Both the position numbers and the translations under genes were made by a program. Under the pieces are notes generated by a model. That model was not told the origin of the DNA. It worked only from the letters and a program-made list of their open reading frames with translations, and ran no database searches. This document shows positions 52,490-60,351 of a DNA stretch of 64,000 bases, piece by piece. Position 1 is the stretch's first letter. Every line of letters begins with the position of its first letter. This DNA is from Planctomycetota bacterium (GTDB lineage Bacteria > Planctomycetota > UBA1135 > GCA-002686595). The DNA lies in assembly GCA_044221705.1 (NCBI GenBank), contig JBGAOR010000013.1, positions 2,529-66,528 of the forward strand. Direction: 5' to 3'.

Positions 52490-54738
52490 TCCAACGTCAG
52501 GACTTCCCCGTGAGCCTCGTGTTCCCGCCGCAGGGGCACTTCACGCAGCCCTACCTGGCTCTGCCCTGCATCAAGGGCTGGCTGCGCGCCCACGGGTTCG
52601 ACGACGTCGAGCTGCTCGACGCGAACATCGAGGCCTACGACGCGTTCCTGTCGGGCGACTACGTCGCGCGCTGCGCCGAGCGCGTCGCGACGCGCCTTCC
52701 GCTCGAGCGCTTCGCCGCGCGCGAGTCGCTGGGCTTCCGCGACCTGGCCGCGTTCCGCGCCGCGTCCGAGTGCGCGGCCAGCGGCGCCGCCGTCGCGGCG
52801 CGCATCGACGAAGCCAAGTCGGTGATGCGCGGCGGCGCGTTCTTCGACGCCGAGCGCTACGTGCCTGCCGTGCGCACGATCTACCACGCGCTGCGCATCG
52901 TCTCGGCCGCGCACTTCCCGAGCGAATTGACGCCGCACAACTTCACGATGCGGTACGGCAACGACCGCTCGGCCGAGGTGCTCCTGGCGACGCTCGACGA
53001 GGACGAGAACCCGTTCCTCGCCTTCTACCGCGAGCGCGTGCTTCCGCGGCTCGTCGCGCGCCGTCCGCGCGTGCTGGGCCTCTCGATCATCTACGGCTCG
53101 CAGCTCGTGCCGGCGCTGACGCTGGCGCGGCTCGTGAAGGCCGCGCTGCCCGACTGCCACGTCACGGCCGGCGGCGGGTTCCTGGCCTACATCGGCCGGA
53201 AGCTGATGAACGCGCCGGGCATGGACGCGTGCCTCGACAGCCTGATCTTCCACGAGGGCGAGGCGCCGATGCTCGCCCTGTGCGAGGCGCTGCGCGACGG
53301 ACGCGCGCTCGGGACGATCGGTTCGCTCTCGTGGTTCGACCGCACGGGTGGCGCCGCGCGCCTCGTCGAGAACGAGCGCGGGCACCCGATCCGGCTCGAC
53401 GACGCGCCCGCCCCGGACTTCGACGGCCTGCCGTTCGGGCTGTACCTCAGCCCCGAGATCGTCGTCCCCTACGACGTGAACCGCGGGTGCTACTACGGCG
53501 AGTGCACGTTCTGCACGCTGCCGACCGTCATCGGCCCGGGCTACCGCACGCGCAGCGCGAAGACCATCGTCGACCACGTGCTGCAACTGCGCGATCGACT
53601 CGGGACGAGCCACGTGAACTTCATCACGGACTGCATGCCGCCCGGGCTGCTGCGCGACCTGCCCGAGGAGCTCATCGCGCGCCGCGCCGGCATCCACTGG
53701 TGGGCCGACGCGCGCGTCGAGCCCAAGGCCTACACGAAGGAAGGCTGCGAGCGGCTGGTCGAGTCCGGCTGCCGCAAGCTGCTCTTCGGCTTCGAGACGG
53801 CCACGCCACGCCTCCTGAAGCTGATGAAGAAAGGGCAGAGCCTGAAGTCCGTCGTGGACGTCGCGCGCAACTGCTCGGACGCCGGGATCAGCGTCACGTT
53901 CTTCGCGATGGTCGGGTTCCCGAGCGAGACGCAGGCCGAAGCGCAGGCGACCGTCGACTTCCTGGTCGAACACGCCGACATCGTGCGCGAGGTCTCGCTG
54001 CAGACGTTCCACATCGACGAGGAGAACCACGTCTACCGCAACCCGTCGGAGTTCGCGGTGCGCATCCGCTCCGACCCGACGGCCGACCTGCAGCTCTACC
54101 ACGACTACGAGGCCGAGGTCGGGATGACGCAGGGCGAGGCGGCCGAGATGTTCGAGCGGATGATGGCCGCGCTGCGCGCGCGCTATCCGCTCTTCTCCGG
54201 CGACAACATCTTCTGGTTCATGCAGAAGAGCCACTACTTCCTGCACCTGGCGCGCGGGACGAGCCCGGACGAGTTCGTCGCACGCTGTCGCCGCCGCGCG
54301 GAACGGCGCGCCGACGAGTCGCCGGATCCGACGCTGGCGGTCGGCGCGGACTGCGCGAGCGTCGCGATCCCCTTCTCGTGGGCCGAGGCGGTCGCGGGCC
54401 TCGGCACTCCCGCCGCGCGGGCAGCGCGGCCGGAGTTCCTGACCGGCCGCTACGTGGCCGACGCCGAGGAGCAGGCCGCCGCGGGCCTCGCGCCGCTCTG
54501 GCCGGCGGCGCGCGCGCTCGTCTACTGCGGCGAGACGGCCGAATTCGCCGAGGTGCGGACGGACGGCGCGCGCGCGCTGGCCGCGCTGCGTACGGCGGGC
54601 AACCTCGGCGCGCTCAGCTCGGCGCTCTCCGCGCCCGCGCGCTCGAACCTGGAACGCTTCGCGGGCGAGCTCGCGAAGCGCGGTATCCTCGTGCGCCGCG
54701 AGGAACCCTCCCGCACCACCGTCCGAGGTCCGCGATGA
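52486..54738 (+). CDS. B12-binding-domain radical SAM protein with a CX4CX2C cluster motif and an RRE-like C-terminal segment
   Basis: ATGA overlap with the upstream rSAM stop. N-terminal B12-like domain (LVFPPQGHFTQPYLALPCIKGWL ... LIFHEGEAP). CYYGECTFC at 53488..53514. TIM-barrel core (LLFGFETATPRLLKLMKKG). The tail EVRTDGARALAALRTAGNLGALSSAL ... FAGELAKRGILV is RRE-like. Confidence 0.85.
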   Translation: MIQRQDFPVSLVFPPQGHFTQPYLALPCIKGWLRAHGFDDVELLDANIEAYDAFLSGDYVARCAERVATRLPLERFAARESLGFRDLAAFRAASECAASGAAVAARIDEAKSVMRGGAFFDAERYVPAVRTIYHALRIVSAAHFPSELTPHNFTMRYGNDRSAEVLLATLDEDENPFLAFYRERVLPRLVARRPRVLGLSIIYGSQLVPALTLARLVKAALPDCHVTAGGGFLAYIGRKLMNAPGMDACLDSLIFHEGEAPMLALCEALRDGRALGTIGSLSWFDRTGGAARLVENERGHPIRLDDAPAPDFDGLPFGLYLSPEIVVPYDVNRGCYYGECTFCTLPTVIGPGYRTRSAKTIVDHVLQLRDRLGTSHVNFITDCMPPGLLRDLPEELIARRAGIHWWADARVEPKAYTKEGCERLVESGCRKLLFGFETATPRLLKLMKKGQSLKSVVDVARNCSDAGISVTFFAMVGFPSETQAEAQATVDFLVEHADIVREVSLQTFHIDEENHVYRNPSEFAVRIRSDPTADLQLYHDYEAEVGMTQGEAAEMFERMMAALRARYPLFSGDNIFWFMQKSHYFLHLARGTSPDEFVARCRRRAERRADESPDPTLAVGADCASVAIPFSWAEAVAGLGTPAARAARPEFLTGRYVADAEEQAAAGLAPLWPAARALVYCGETAEFAEVRTDGARALAALRTAGNLGALSSALSAPARSNLERFAGELAKRGILVRREEPSRTTVRGPR

Positions 54739-54926
54739 AGACGCCCGAGAAGAAGAACGACGCCGACCCCGCGCAGAACCCGGCCCGCATCCCCGGCCCG
54801 AAGAAGCGCGAAGAGCGCGGCGCCGAACCGGCCGTGCCGGAGATCGACTTCGCCAAGCTCGACCTGCGGGTGGAGGTCGTGGACGAGCGCATCAGTCCGG
54901 GCGAGACGAACGTGTTCGACAAGTGA
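54735..54926 (+). CDS. 63-aa peptide, candidate radical-SAM-modified precursor
   Basis: ATGA overlap with the rSAM stop. 61 of 64 codons, stop included, end in G or C (exceptions are gaa, gaa, agt). Translation: MKTPEKKNDADPAQNPARIPGPKKREERGAEPAVPEIDFAKLDLRVEVVDERISPGETNVFDK. Two hairpins follow the stop. Confidence 0.6.
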   Translation: MKTPEKKNDADPAQNPARIPGPKKREERGAEPAVPEIDFAKLDLRVEVVDERISPGETNVFDK

Positions 54927-54960
54927 GCCGCAGCCTTGGGCTGCGAACCACGCGTGACGC

Positions 54961-54992
54961 GCGCGTGAGTCCGGGCTGACGACTCACCGCGC
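54961..54992 (+). terminator. GC-rich stem-loop downstream of the rSAM-peptide operon
   Basis: GCGCGTGAGTC ... GACTCAC(C)GCGC, about 11 bp with one bulge. It is preceded by a smaller hairpin, CGCAGC-cttgg-GCTGCG, at 54929..54945. No U tract, which is common in high-GC genomes. Confidence 0.3.
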
Positions 54993-55246
54993 GTCGCTCC
55001 TCGGCCCCGGCGCGCGCCGCCTGCTCACCCCGTCGTCGGCGCCCGCCGGAACGAGCCCAGCCCGGGCCCCCGCCGCCCGGCTCGCCGTCGCCCGCTCCAA
55101 GCCTCCCGGCCCGCCCCTGCCGACTTCCGTAAGGGACCAGTAAGCTGGAACCAGTCCCACCGCGTCGCGGCGACCCGGACCTGGATCGCCTCGGCGCCCC
55201 ACTGGCTCCTTCTCCCTCGGCATCGACCCGGTGCCGGCTCTCTCCC

Positions 55247-57121
55247 ATGAAGCACGCCTGGATTCCGCTCTCGCTCCTCGCCCTCGCCTCCAGCGCTTTC
55301 GCCGAAGGCACGAAGTACGCGCACAAACCCGCGCCCGCAGGAGTCCCCGCCGCGACGCCGCAGCCGGTGACTTCCTTCATCAACGGTTCGGATTCGTGCA
55401 CGACCCCGGACGTCATCGCGGGCCTCGGACCCCACGGGTTCGACAACTCGGCCGCGACGACGGGAGCGGAGGGCCAGACCGACCCGCTGTGCCTGGCGTT
55501 CGGCTCCACCGCGATCGACCAGGACGTGTGGTTCTCGTGGACGGCGCCCTCGAGCGGGACGGCGTTCCTCGACATCTGCTCGAGCGGCAGCACGGTCGAC
55601 ACGAAGGTCGCCGTGTACTCCGGCTCCGGATGTCCGAGCGGACCCGCGATCGGCTGCAACGACGACGCGTGCCCGGGGCTGCAGAGCAACGTGACCTTCC
55701 CCTGCGTGGCGGGCAACCCCTACACGATCCAGGTCGGCACGTACCCGGGCGCGGGCGGCGGCGTCGGTTCCTTCACGTTCACGATCAGCGCGGGCCCGGG
55801 CAACGATTCGTGCACGACCCCCCAACCGATCGCCGGCCCCGGCCCGCACGCGTACGACACGACGTTCGCGACGACGGGCACGCAGGGACAGGCCAACTCG
55901 CGCTGCTTCATCTTCAACACGTCCGCGATCCAGTCCGACGTCTGGTACACGTGGACCGCCGCCGCGAGCGGATGGGTCGCCGTGGACACCTGCACGGGCG
56001 GACAGCACGACCTGCGCGTGGCCGTGTACGCCGGCGCGGGCTGCCCGGTCGGTGAACCGATCATCTGCGACGACGACGCCTGCGGCACGATCGGCGCCTC
56101 GTCGCGCGCTCCGTTCCTGGCCACCGCCGGCCAGTCGTACACGATCCAGGTCGGCAGCTACCCGGGTCAGGCCGGCGCGCCGGGGTTCTTCACCCTGTCG
56201 CCGTTCACCCCCGCCGCGGGCGATTCGTGCAGCGCGCCGATCGACATCGCGGGCGCGGGGCCCTTCAACTGGGACAACTTCGACGGCGTGACCGGACAGG
56301 AAGGCCAGAACGAGGCTCTGTGCTCCAACGAGATGATCACGCACGACCTGTGGTATCGCTGGACGTCGTACTGCACGTCGAACGTGACCGTCACGCTGTG
56401 CGCGCTCTCGAGCCTCGACACGAAGGTCGCGGTGTACTCCGGCAGCGGCTGCCCGGCGAGTTCGGCCCTGGCTTGCAACGACGACGCCTGCGCGGCCGGC
56501 GGACCTTCCTCGGTCACCTTCGCGGCCGTCGACGGCCAGACCTACATGATCCAGCTCGGCTGCTGGCCGGGCGAGACGCCCGGTGCGGGCGCGTTCACGA
56601 TCACGACGAGCTGCCCGCCGCCGACCGGGACCGTCTACTGCATCGGCGACGGCCAGTCGCCGCACACCGCGTGTCCGTGCGGCAACAACAGCCCGACGGC
56701 GGCCGGCGTGGGCTGCCTCAACTCGCTGGGCAGCGGCGGACGGCTGCGCGCATTCGGGAACCCGAGCCTCACCGACGACAACGACGGCTCGGCCTCGGTC
56801 ACGCTGATCGGCAACAGCATGCCCAACAGCTCGTGCCTCTACTTCCAGGGCACGGCGATGCAGAACGCGGGCAACGGATCGGTGTTCGGCGACGGCCTGC
56901 GCTGCGCCGCCGGCTCGATCCTGCGCCTCGACACGGAGTCGAACGTCGCGGGCACGTCGCAGTACCCGAACCCGTCGCAGCCGCTGCCGCTCTCGGTCCG
57001 CGGGAACGTGCTGTCCCCGGGAACGCGCACGTACCAGGCCTGGTACCGCAACGCAGCGGCGTTCTGCACGGCCTCGACGTTCAACCTGTCGAACGGCGTC
57101 GAGATCGTCTGGGCGCTCTAG
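55247..57121 (+). CDS. secreted protein: three tandem Cys-rich domains of about 135 aa plus the conserved C-terminal domain
   Basis: Signal peptide (IPLSLLALASSAFA). Three repeats, each with DSC..P..IAG.GP, DVW(F/Y).WT, DTKVAVYSGSGCP, C(N/D)DDAC and YTIQVG.YPG. C-terminal module 56632..57118 contains ACPCGNN and WYRNAAAFC..STFNLSNG. Confidence 0.75.
   Translation: MKHAWIPLSLLALASSAFAEGTKYAHKPAPAGVPAATPQPVTSFINGSDSCTTPDVIAGLGPHGFDNSAATTGAEGQTDPLCLAFGSTAIDQDVWFSWTAPSSGTAFLDICSSGSTVDTKVAVYSGSGCPSGPAIGCNDDACPGLQSNVTFPCVAGNPYTIQVGTYPGAGGGVGSFTFTISAGPGNDSCTTPQPIAGPGPHAYDTTFATTGTQGQANSRCFIFNTSAIQSDVWYTWTAAASGWVAVDTCTGGQHDLRVAVYAGAGCPVGEPIICDDDACGTIGASSRAPFLATAGQSYTIQVGSYPGQAGAPGFFTLSPFTPAAGDSCSAPIDIAGAGPFNWDNFDGVTGQEGQNEALCSNEMITHDLWYRWTSYCTSNVTVTLCALSSLDTKVAVYSGSGCPASSALACNDDACAAGGPSSVTFAAVDGQTYMIQLGCWPGETPGAGAFTITTSCPPPTGTVYCIGDGQSPHTACPCGNNSPTAAGVGCLNSLGSGGRLRAFGNPSLTDDNDGSASVTLIGNSMPNSSCLYFQGTAMQNAGNGSVFGDGLRCAAGSILRLDTESNVAGTSQYPNPSQPLPLSVRGNVLSPGTRTYQAWYRNAAAFCTASTFNLSNGVEIVWAL
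55382..56630 (+). repeat. three in-frame tandem repeats of about 405 nt (protein-domain repeats)
   Basis: Repeat units start near 55382, 55799 and 56219. Conserved Cys positions and motifs recur at the same spacing in all three. Confidence 0.6.
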
Positions 57122-57270
57122 GACGCGCGCGTCCGGCGCGTCACGAGCGCGCCGGCCTCATGCCGCGGGCCGCGGAGCTCTCGGGCTCCGCGGCCCGCGC
57201 TGCATCGCGCGCAGCGCCGGTCGCGGGGTTCCATTCCGCGGCGCGAGCGCGATACTCGATCGCGCTCGAC

Positions 57271-57702
57271 ATGGACACCTCCGACTGGAAGCACGCGCGC
57301 GGCCGCTACGAGGACCGCCCGATCGTGGCGCGCTACCGCGAGTTCGCGCCCGACTTCCCGCGCGCGGGCTACCCCGAGCGCCTGAACGTCTTCTGGCGCA
57401 TGGGCGAGCCCACGGAGTCCGGCCTCGGTTCAGAAGCGGAATCCGCGCGCATCGCGACGTTCGAGTCGCGGCTCGCCTCCGCCGTGGAGACCGATCGACA
57501 CACCGTGTTCTCGCTGATCCTGACCTGGAACGGACGCGCGGAGTTCGTGCTGCACACCGCCGACGTCGACGGGTTCCTGGCGCGGCTCGGCGCGATGCCG
57601 CACGAGGAGGAGAACTACCCGATCGAGATCCAGGTCGAGCCGGACCCGGAGTGGGCGTACGACCGCTCGGTGCGGCCGCCGGGTCCGTCATCGCCGCACT
57701 GA
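57271..57702 (+). CDS. DUF695-like protein
   Basis: 143-aa ORF from ATG 57271 (MDTSDWKHARGRYEDRPIVARY ... FSLILTWNGRAEFVLHTAD), reminiscent of DUF695. The upstream in-frame extension is Ala/Arg-rich and unlikely to be coding. Confidence 0.6.
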   Translation: MDTSDWKHARGRYEDRPIVARYREFAPDFPRAGYPERLNVFWRMGEPTESGLGSEAESARIATFESRLASAVETDRHTVFSLILTWNGRAEFVLHTADVDGFLARLGAMPHEEENYPIEIQVEPDPEWAYDRSVRPPGPSSPH

Positions 57703-57781
57703 GGCTGCGGCGGGGTGCTAGCGGGCGCAGCGCCGATCCGTTCCGCCGCGTCGGCTACGATCGCGCGCAGAGCCGGCCCAC

Positions 57782-58198
57782 ATGACGAGCGAACCCGAGA
57801 CGACCGACACCATCTACGCATCGATCTCGTACGACGACGCGCACGCGGCCATCGAGTGGCTCGAGCGCGCGTTCGGTTTCAGGCGTCGTCTCGTCGTGCC
57901 GGGCCCGGACGGCACGGTCGCGCACTCCGAGCTGAGCTACGGCTCGGGCGTCGTCATGGTCTCGTCCTCGAAGCCGGACAAGGGCCGCGTGAGCCCACGG
58001 CGGCTCGGCGCGGTGGCGCACGCCCTGTGCGTCCGCGTCGACGACCCCGACGCGCTCTACCGCCGCGCGAAGGCGGCCGGCGCCGAGGTCACCGAGGAGT
58101 TGCGCGACGAGGACTACGGCTCGCGCGGCTTCATGGTGCGCGACCTCGAAGGCCATCCCTGGTACTTCGGGACGTACCGGCCGGGCGCGCATTGGTGA
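57782..58198 (+). CDS. VOC family protein (glyoxalase / bleomycin-resistance fold)
   Basis: YDDAHAAIEWLERAFGF ... AHSELSYGSGVVMV ... DYGSRGFMVRDLEGHPWYFGTY is a typical small VOC protein. Confidence 0.85.
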   Translation: MTSEPETTDTIYASISYDDAHAAIEWLERAFGFRRRLVVPGPDGTVAHSELSYGSGVVMVSSSKPDKGRVSPRRLGAVAHALCVRVDDPDALYRRAKAAGAEVTEELRDEDYGSRGFMVRDLEGHPWYFGTYRPGAHW

Positions 58199-58389
58199 TC
58201 GTTCACGGCGCCCGCTCGCGCCGGATCTGCCGCGGCCCTTCCCGGAGCGGAGGCGCGCACCCTGGGCGAGCGGTTCCGCGCGATCCGGACGGCCGCGGCT
58301 GCATCGCCGGTGCCCGGAGCCTGGAGCACTGGAATTGCACTGTAGATTGGAGTGAGCCACCTGCGGCTCTTCCCGAAGTCGATTCCACC

Positions 58390-59577
58390 ATGCGCATCTC
58401 CACACTCCTGACCGCCCTGTCCGTCTGCTTCCTGGCCGGCCCGTCGATCGCCGGCCGGCTGATCGCGGTCGACAGCTCGCGCGCGCTGTACGACGTCGAC
58501 ATCGCGACCGGCGCCAAAACGCAGATCGGGACGGTGTCGGCCGGCGCGGGCTCGCCCAGCGGCCTGGCGCGCAATCCCATCACGGGCACGATCTACCTGT
58601 GCTCCTCCACCGTCGATTCGTTGTTCACCCTCGACATCACCACCGGTTCCGCCGTGGTGGTCGGTCCCCTGGGCTCCACGACGATCGTCATGCAGGGGCT
58701 CGAGTGGGACAGCACGCAGGGCGCGTTGTGGGGCGCGTCCAACGGGAACCTCTTCCAGATCGGCCCGATGAGCGGCGCGGCGACGCAGATCGGAACGTCG
58801 GGACTCACGTCGTTCACGAACCTGGGCTACGTGCCCTCGACGGACTCGCTGTACGCCACGAACGTCGGCACCGACCGTCTGTACAACGTCAACCGCGGCA
58901 CGGGCGCGATGACCATGATCGGTCCGCTCGGGTCGACGGCAGCGAACGCGAGCGGGCTCGCCTACGACACCGACAACGACGTCATGTACCTGATCGACGG
59001 GACGTCGGACACGCTCTACACGGTCAACCTCACGACCGGCGCTGCGACGATCGTCGGCTCGACGGGCACGGGCAACCTGCAGGGGCTCGTCTACATCCCG
59101 GGGAACGCGCCGGTCACGCCGTTCTGCTTCGGCGACGGCACCGGCGTCGCCTGCCCGTGCGGCAACAACGGCGCCCCCGGGAATGGCTGCCGCAATTCCG
59201 TGGCGGTCGGCGGCGCGAACCTGTTCGCCTCCGGCAACGCGAGCATCGCCAACGACACGTTCCTGCTGCAGGGCCAGGACATGCCCAACAGCTCCGCCCT
59301 GTACTTCCAGGGCACGGCGCAGCAGGCGGGCGGCGGTCAGGCGTTCGGCGACGGGCTGCGCTGCGCGGCGGGCACGATCGTCCGCCTGGGCATCGAGCAG
59401 AACAACCTGGGCACGAGCCAGTACCCGACGTTCCCCGAGCTCTCCATCTCGGTGCGCGGACTGTGCACCGTCGGCGCGACGCGGACGTACCAGGTGTGGT
59501 ACCGCAACGCGGCAGCGTTCTGCACGTCGAGCACGTTCAACCTCTCGAACGGCCTGCAGGTGACCTGGCTGCCCTGA
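58390..59577 (+). CDS. secreted repeat (propeller-like) protein with the conserved C-terminal domain
   Basis: Signal peptide (LLTALSVCFLAGPSIAG). About five repeats of the pattern LY.V(D/N)..TGA.T.IG..G. C-terminal module 59119..59574 with ACPCGNN, YFQGTAQQ, FGDGLRCAAG, WYRNAAAFCTSSTFNLSNG. Confidence 0.75.
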   Translation: MRISTLLTALSVCFLAGPSIAGRLIAVDSSRALYDVDIATGAKTQIGTVSAGAGSPSGLARNPITGTIYLCSSTVDSLFTLDITTGSAVVVGPLGSTTIVMQGLEWDSTQGALWGASNGNLFQIGPMSGAATQIGTSGLTSFTNLGYVPSTDSLYATNVGTDRLYNVNRGTGAMTMIGPLGSTAANASGLAYDTDNDVMYLIDGTSDTLYTVNLTTGAATIVGSTGTGNLQGLVYIPGNAPVTPFCFGDGTGVACPCGNNGAPGNGCRNSVAVGGANLFASGNASIANDTFLLQGQDMPNSSALYFQGTAQQAGGGQAFGDGLRCAAGTIVRLGIEQNNLGTSQYPTFPELSISVRGLCTVGATRTYQVWYRNAAAFCTSSTFNLSNGLQVTWLP

Positions 59578-59597
59578 CGCGCGCACGCGGAACGCAG

Positions 59598-59629
59598 GCG
59601 GGCCGCGCGGCAGGTGCCGGGCGGCCCGC
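59598..59629. terminator. stem-loop between convergent genes
   Basis: GCGGGCCGC (59598..59606) pairs with GCGGCCCGC (59621..59629) around a 14-nt loop. Confidence 0.4.
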
Positions 59630-59667
59630 GTCGTCGCGTACCGAAATCCCGACGACTCCGCGGCGGA

Positions 59668-60243
59668 TCAGAACTGGTAGCGCACGCCGAAGAAGAGCGT
59701 GTCGGAGAAGTCGCTGATGGTCTCGTAGTTGACGCCGCCGCTCAGGCGATCGTCGAAGTAGTAGCGCGCGCCGAGGCCGAGCCCGACCTCCGTGTCCTCG
59801 AAGTCGACGAACTCGAGCAGGCCGTTCAGCTCGATCTGCTCGTTCGCCATGTAGCGCACGCCGCCCTCGAGCGCCCAACCGGTGTCGTCCGCACTGCCGA
59901 CGTCGGCACGCGCGATCGAGAACAGTCCGTAGGCGTCGAGCCCCTTCTGGAGCGGGACGGCCCATCCCGCGCCGATCTTGAACAGGGACAGGTCGGCATC
60001 GCCGCCCGAGTCCTGGTACGACGCCTTCACGAAGAGGTCGCGCCACGCGCGGTAGGAGCCGACGAGCTGGAACCCGAGTTCGGAGTCGGCGCCGGGCACG
60101 TCGACATCGACCAGCCCGACGTCGAACTCGCCGTAGGTGTAGTTGAAGTTGGCCTGACCGGGCTCGGCACCCGTGGCGGAATCGGCGTGGCCCTGCCACC
60201 CGAGCGACGGGGCGAGGGAGAGCGTGAGGAGCGGCAACAGCAT
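59668..60243 (-). CDS. small outer-membrane beta-barrel protein
   Basis: Signal peptide MLLPLLTLSLAPSLGWQGHA. Alternating hydrophobic beta-strand pattern and a terminal aromatic signature (FFGVRYQF). ATG 60243 preferred over TTG 60264. Confidence 0.7.
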   Translation of the reverse strand: MLLPLLTLSLAPSLGWQGHADSATGAEPGQANFNYTYGEFDVGLVDVDVPGADSELGFQLVGSYRAWRDLFVKASYQDSGGDADLSLFKIGAGWAVPLQKGLDAYGLFSIARADVGSADDTGWALEGGVRYMANEQIELNGLLEFVDFEDTEVGLGLGARYYFDDRLSGGVNYETISDFSDTLFFGVRYQF

Positions 60244-60351
60244 GTCTCGAATCCTTGGTTTCAATCCGTCAGGACGCCGACGGCTCGGGGGGGGCCGGCG
60301 CAGGATAGGGCAGTCCGGCAGCCGCGTCGCCTGGCCCGCGCCAGGTCCGAG

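Noticed and set aside
57160-57270. N-terminal extension of the DUF695-like gene from ATG 57160
   Set aside because: The extension is Ala/Arg/Ser-rich (MPRAAELSGSAARAASRAAPVAGFHSAARAR) with no structural character. ATG 57271 gives a typical family N-terminus.
57040-59577. Nucleotide-level repeat between the 3' ends of the 55247 and 58390 genes, considered as a possible mobile element or REP-like repeat
   Set aside because: The similarity is in frame and coextensive with a protein domain, and it has no terminal inverted repeats or associated transposase. It is gene-internal paralogy.
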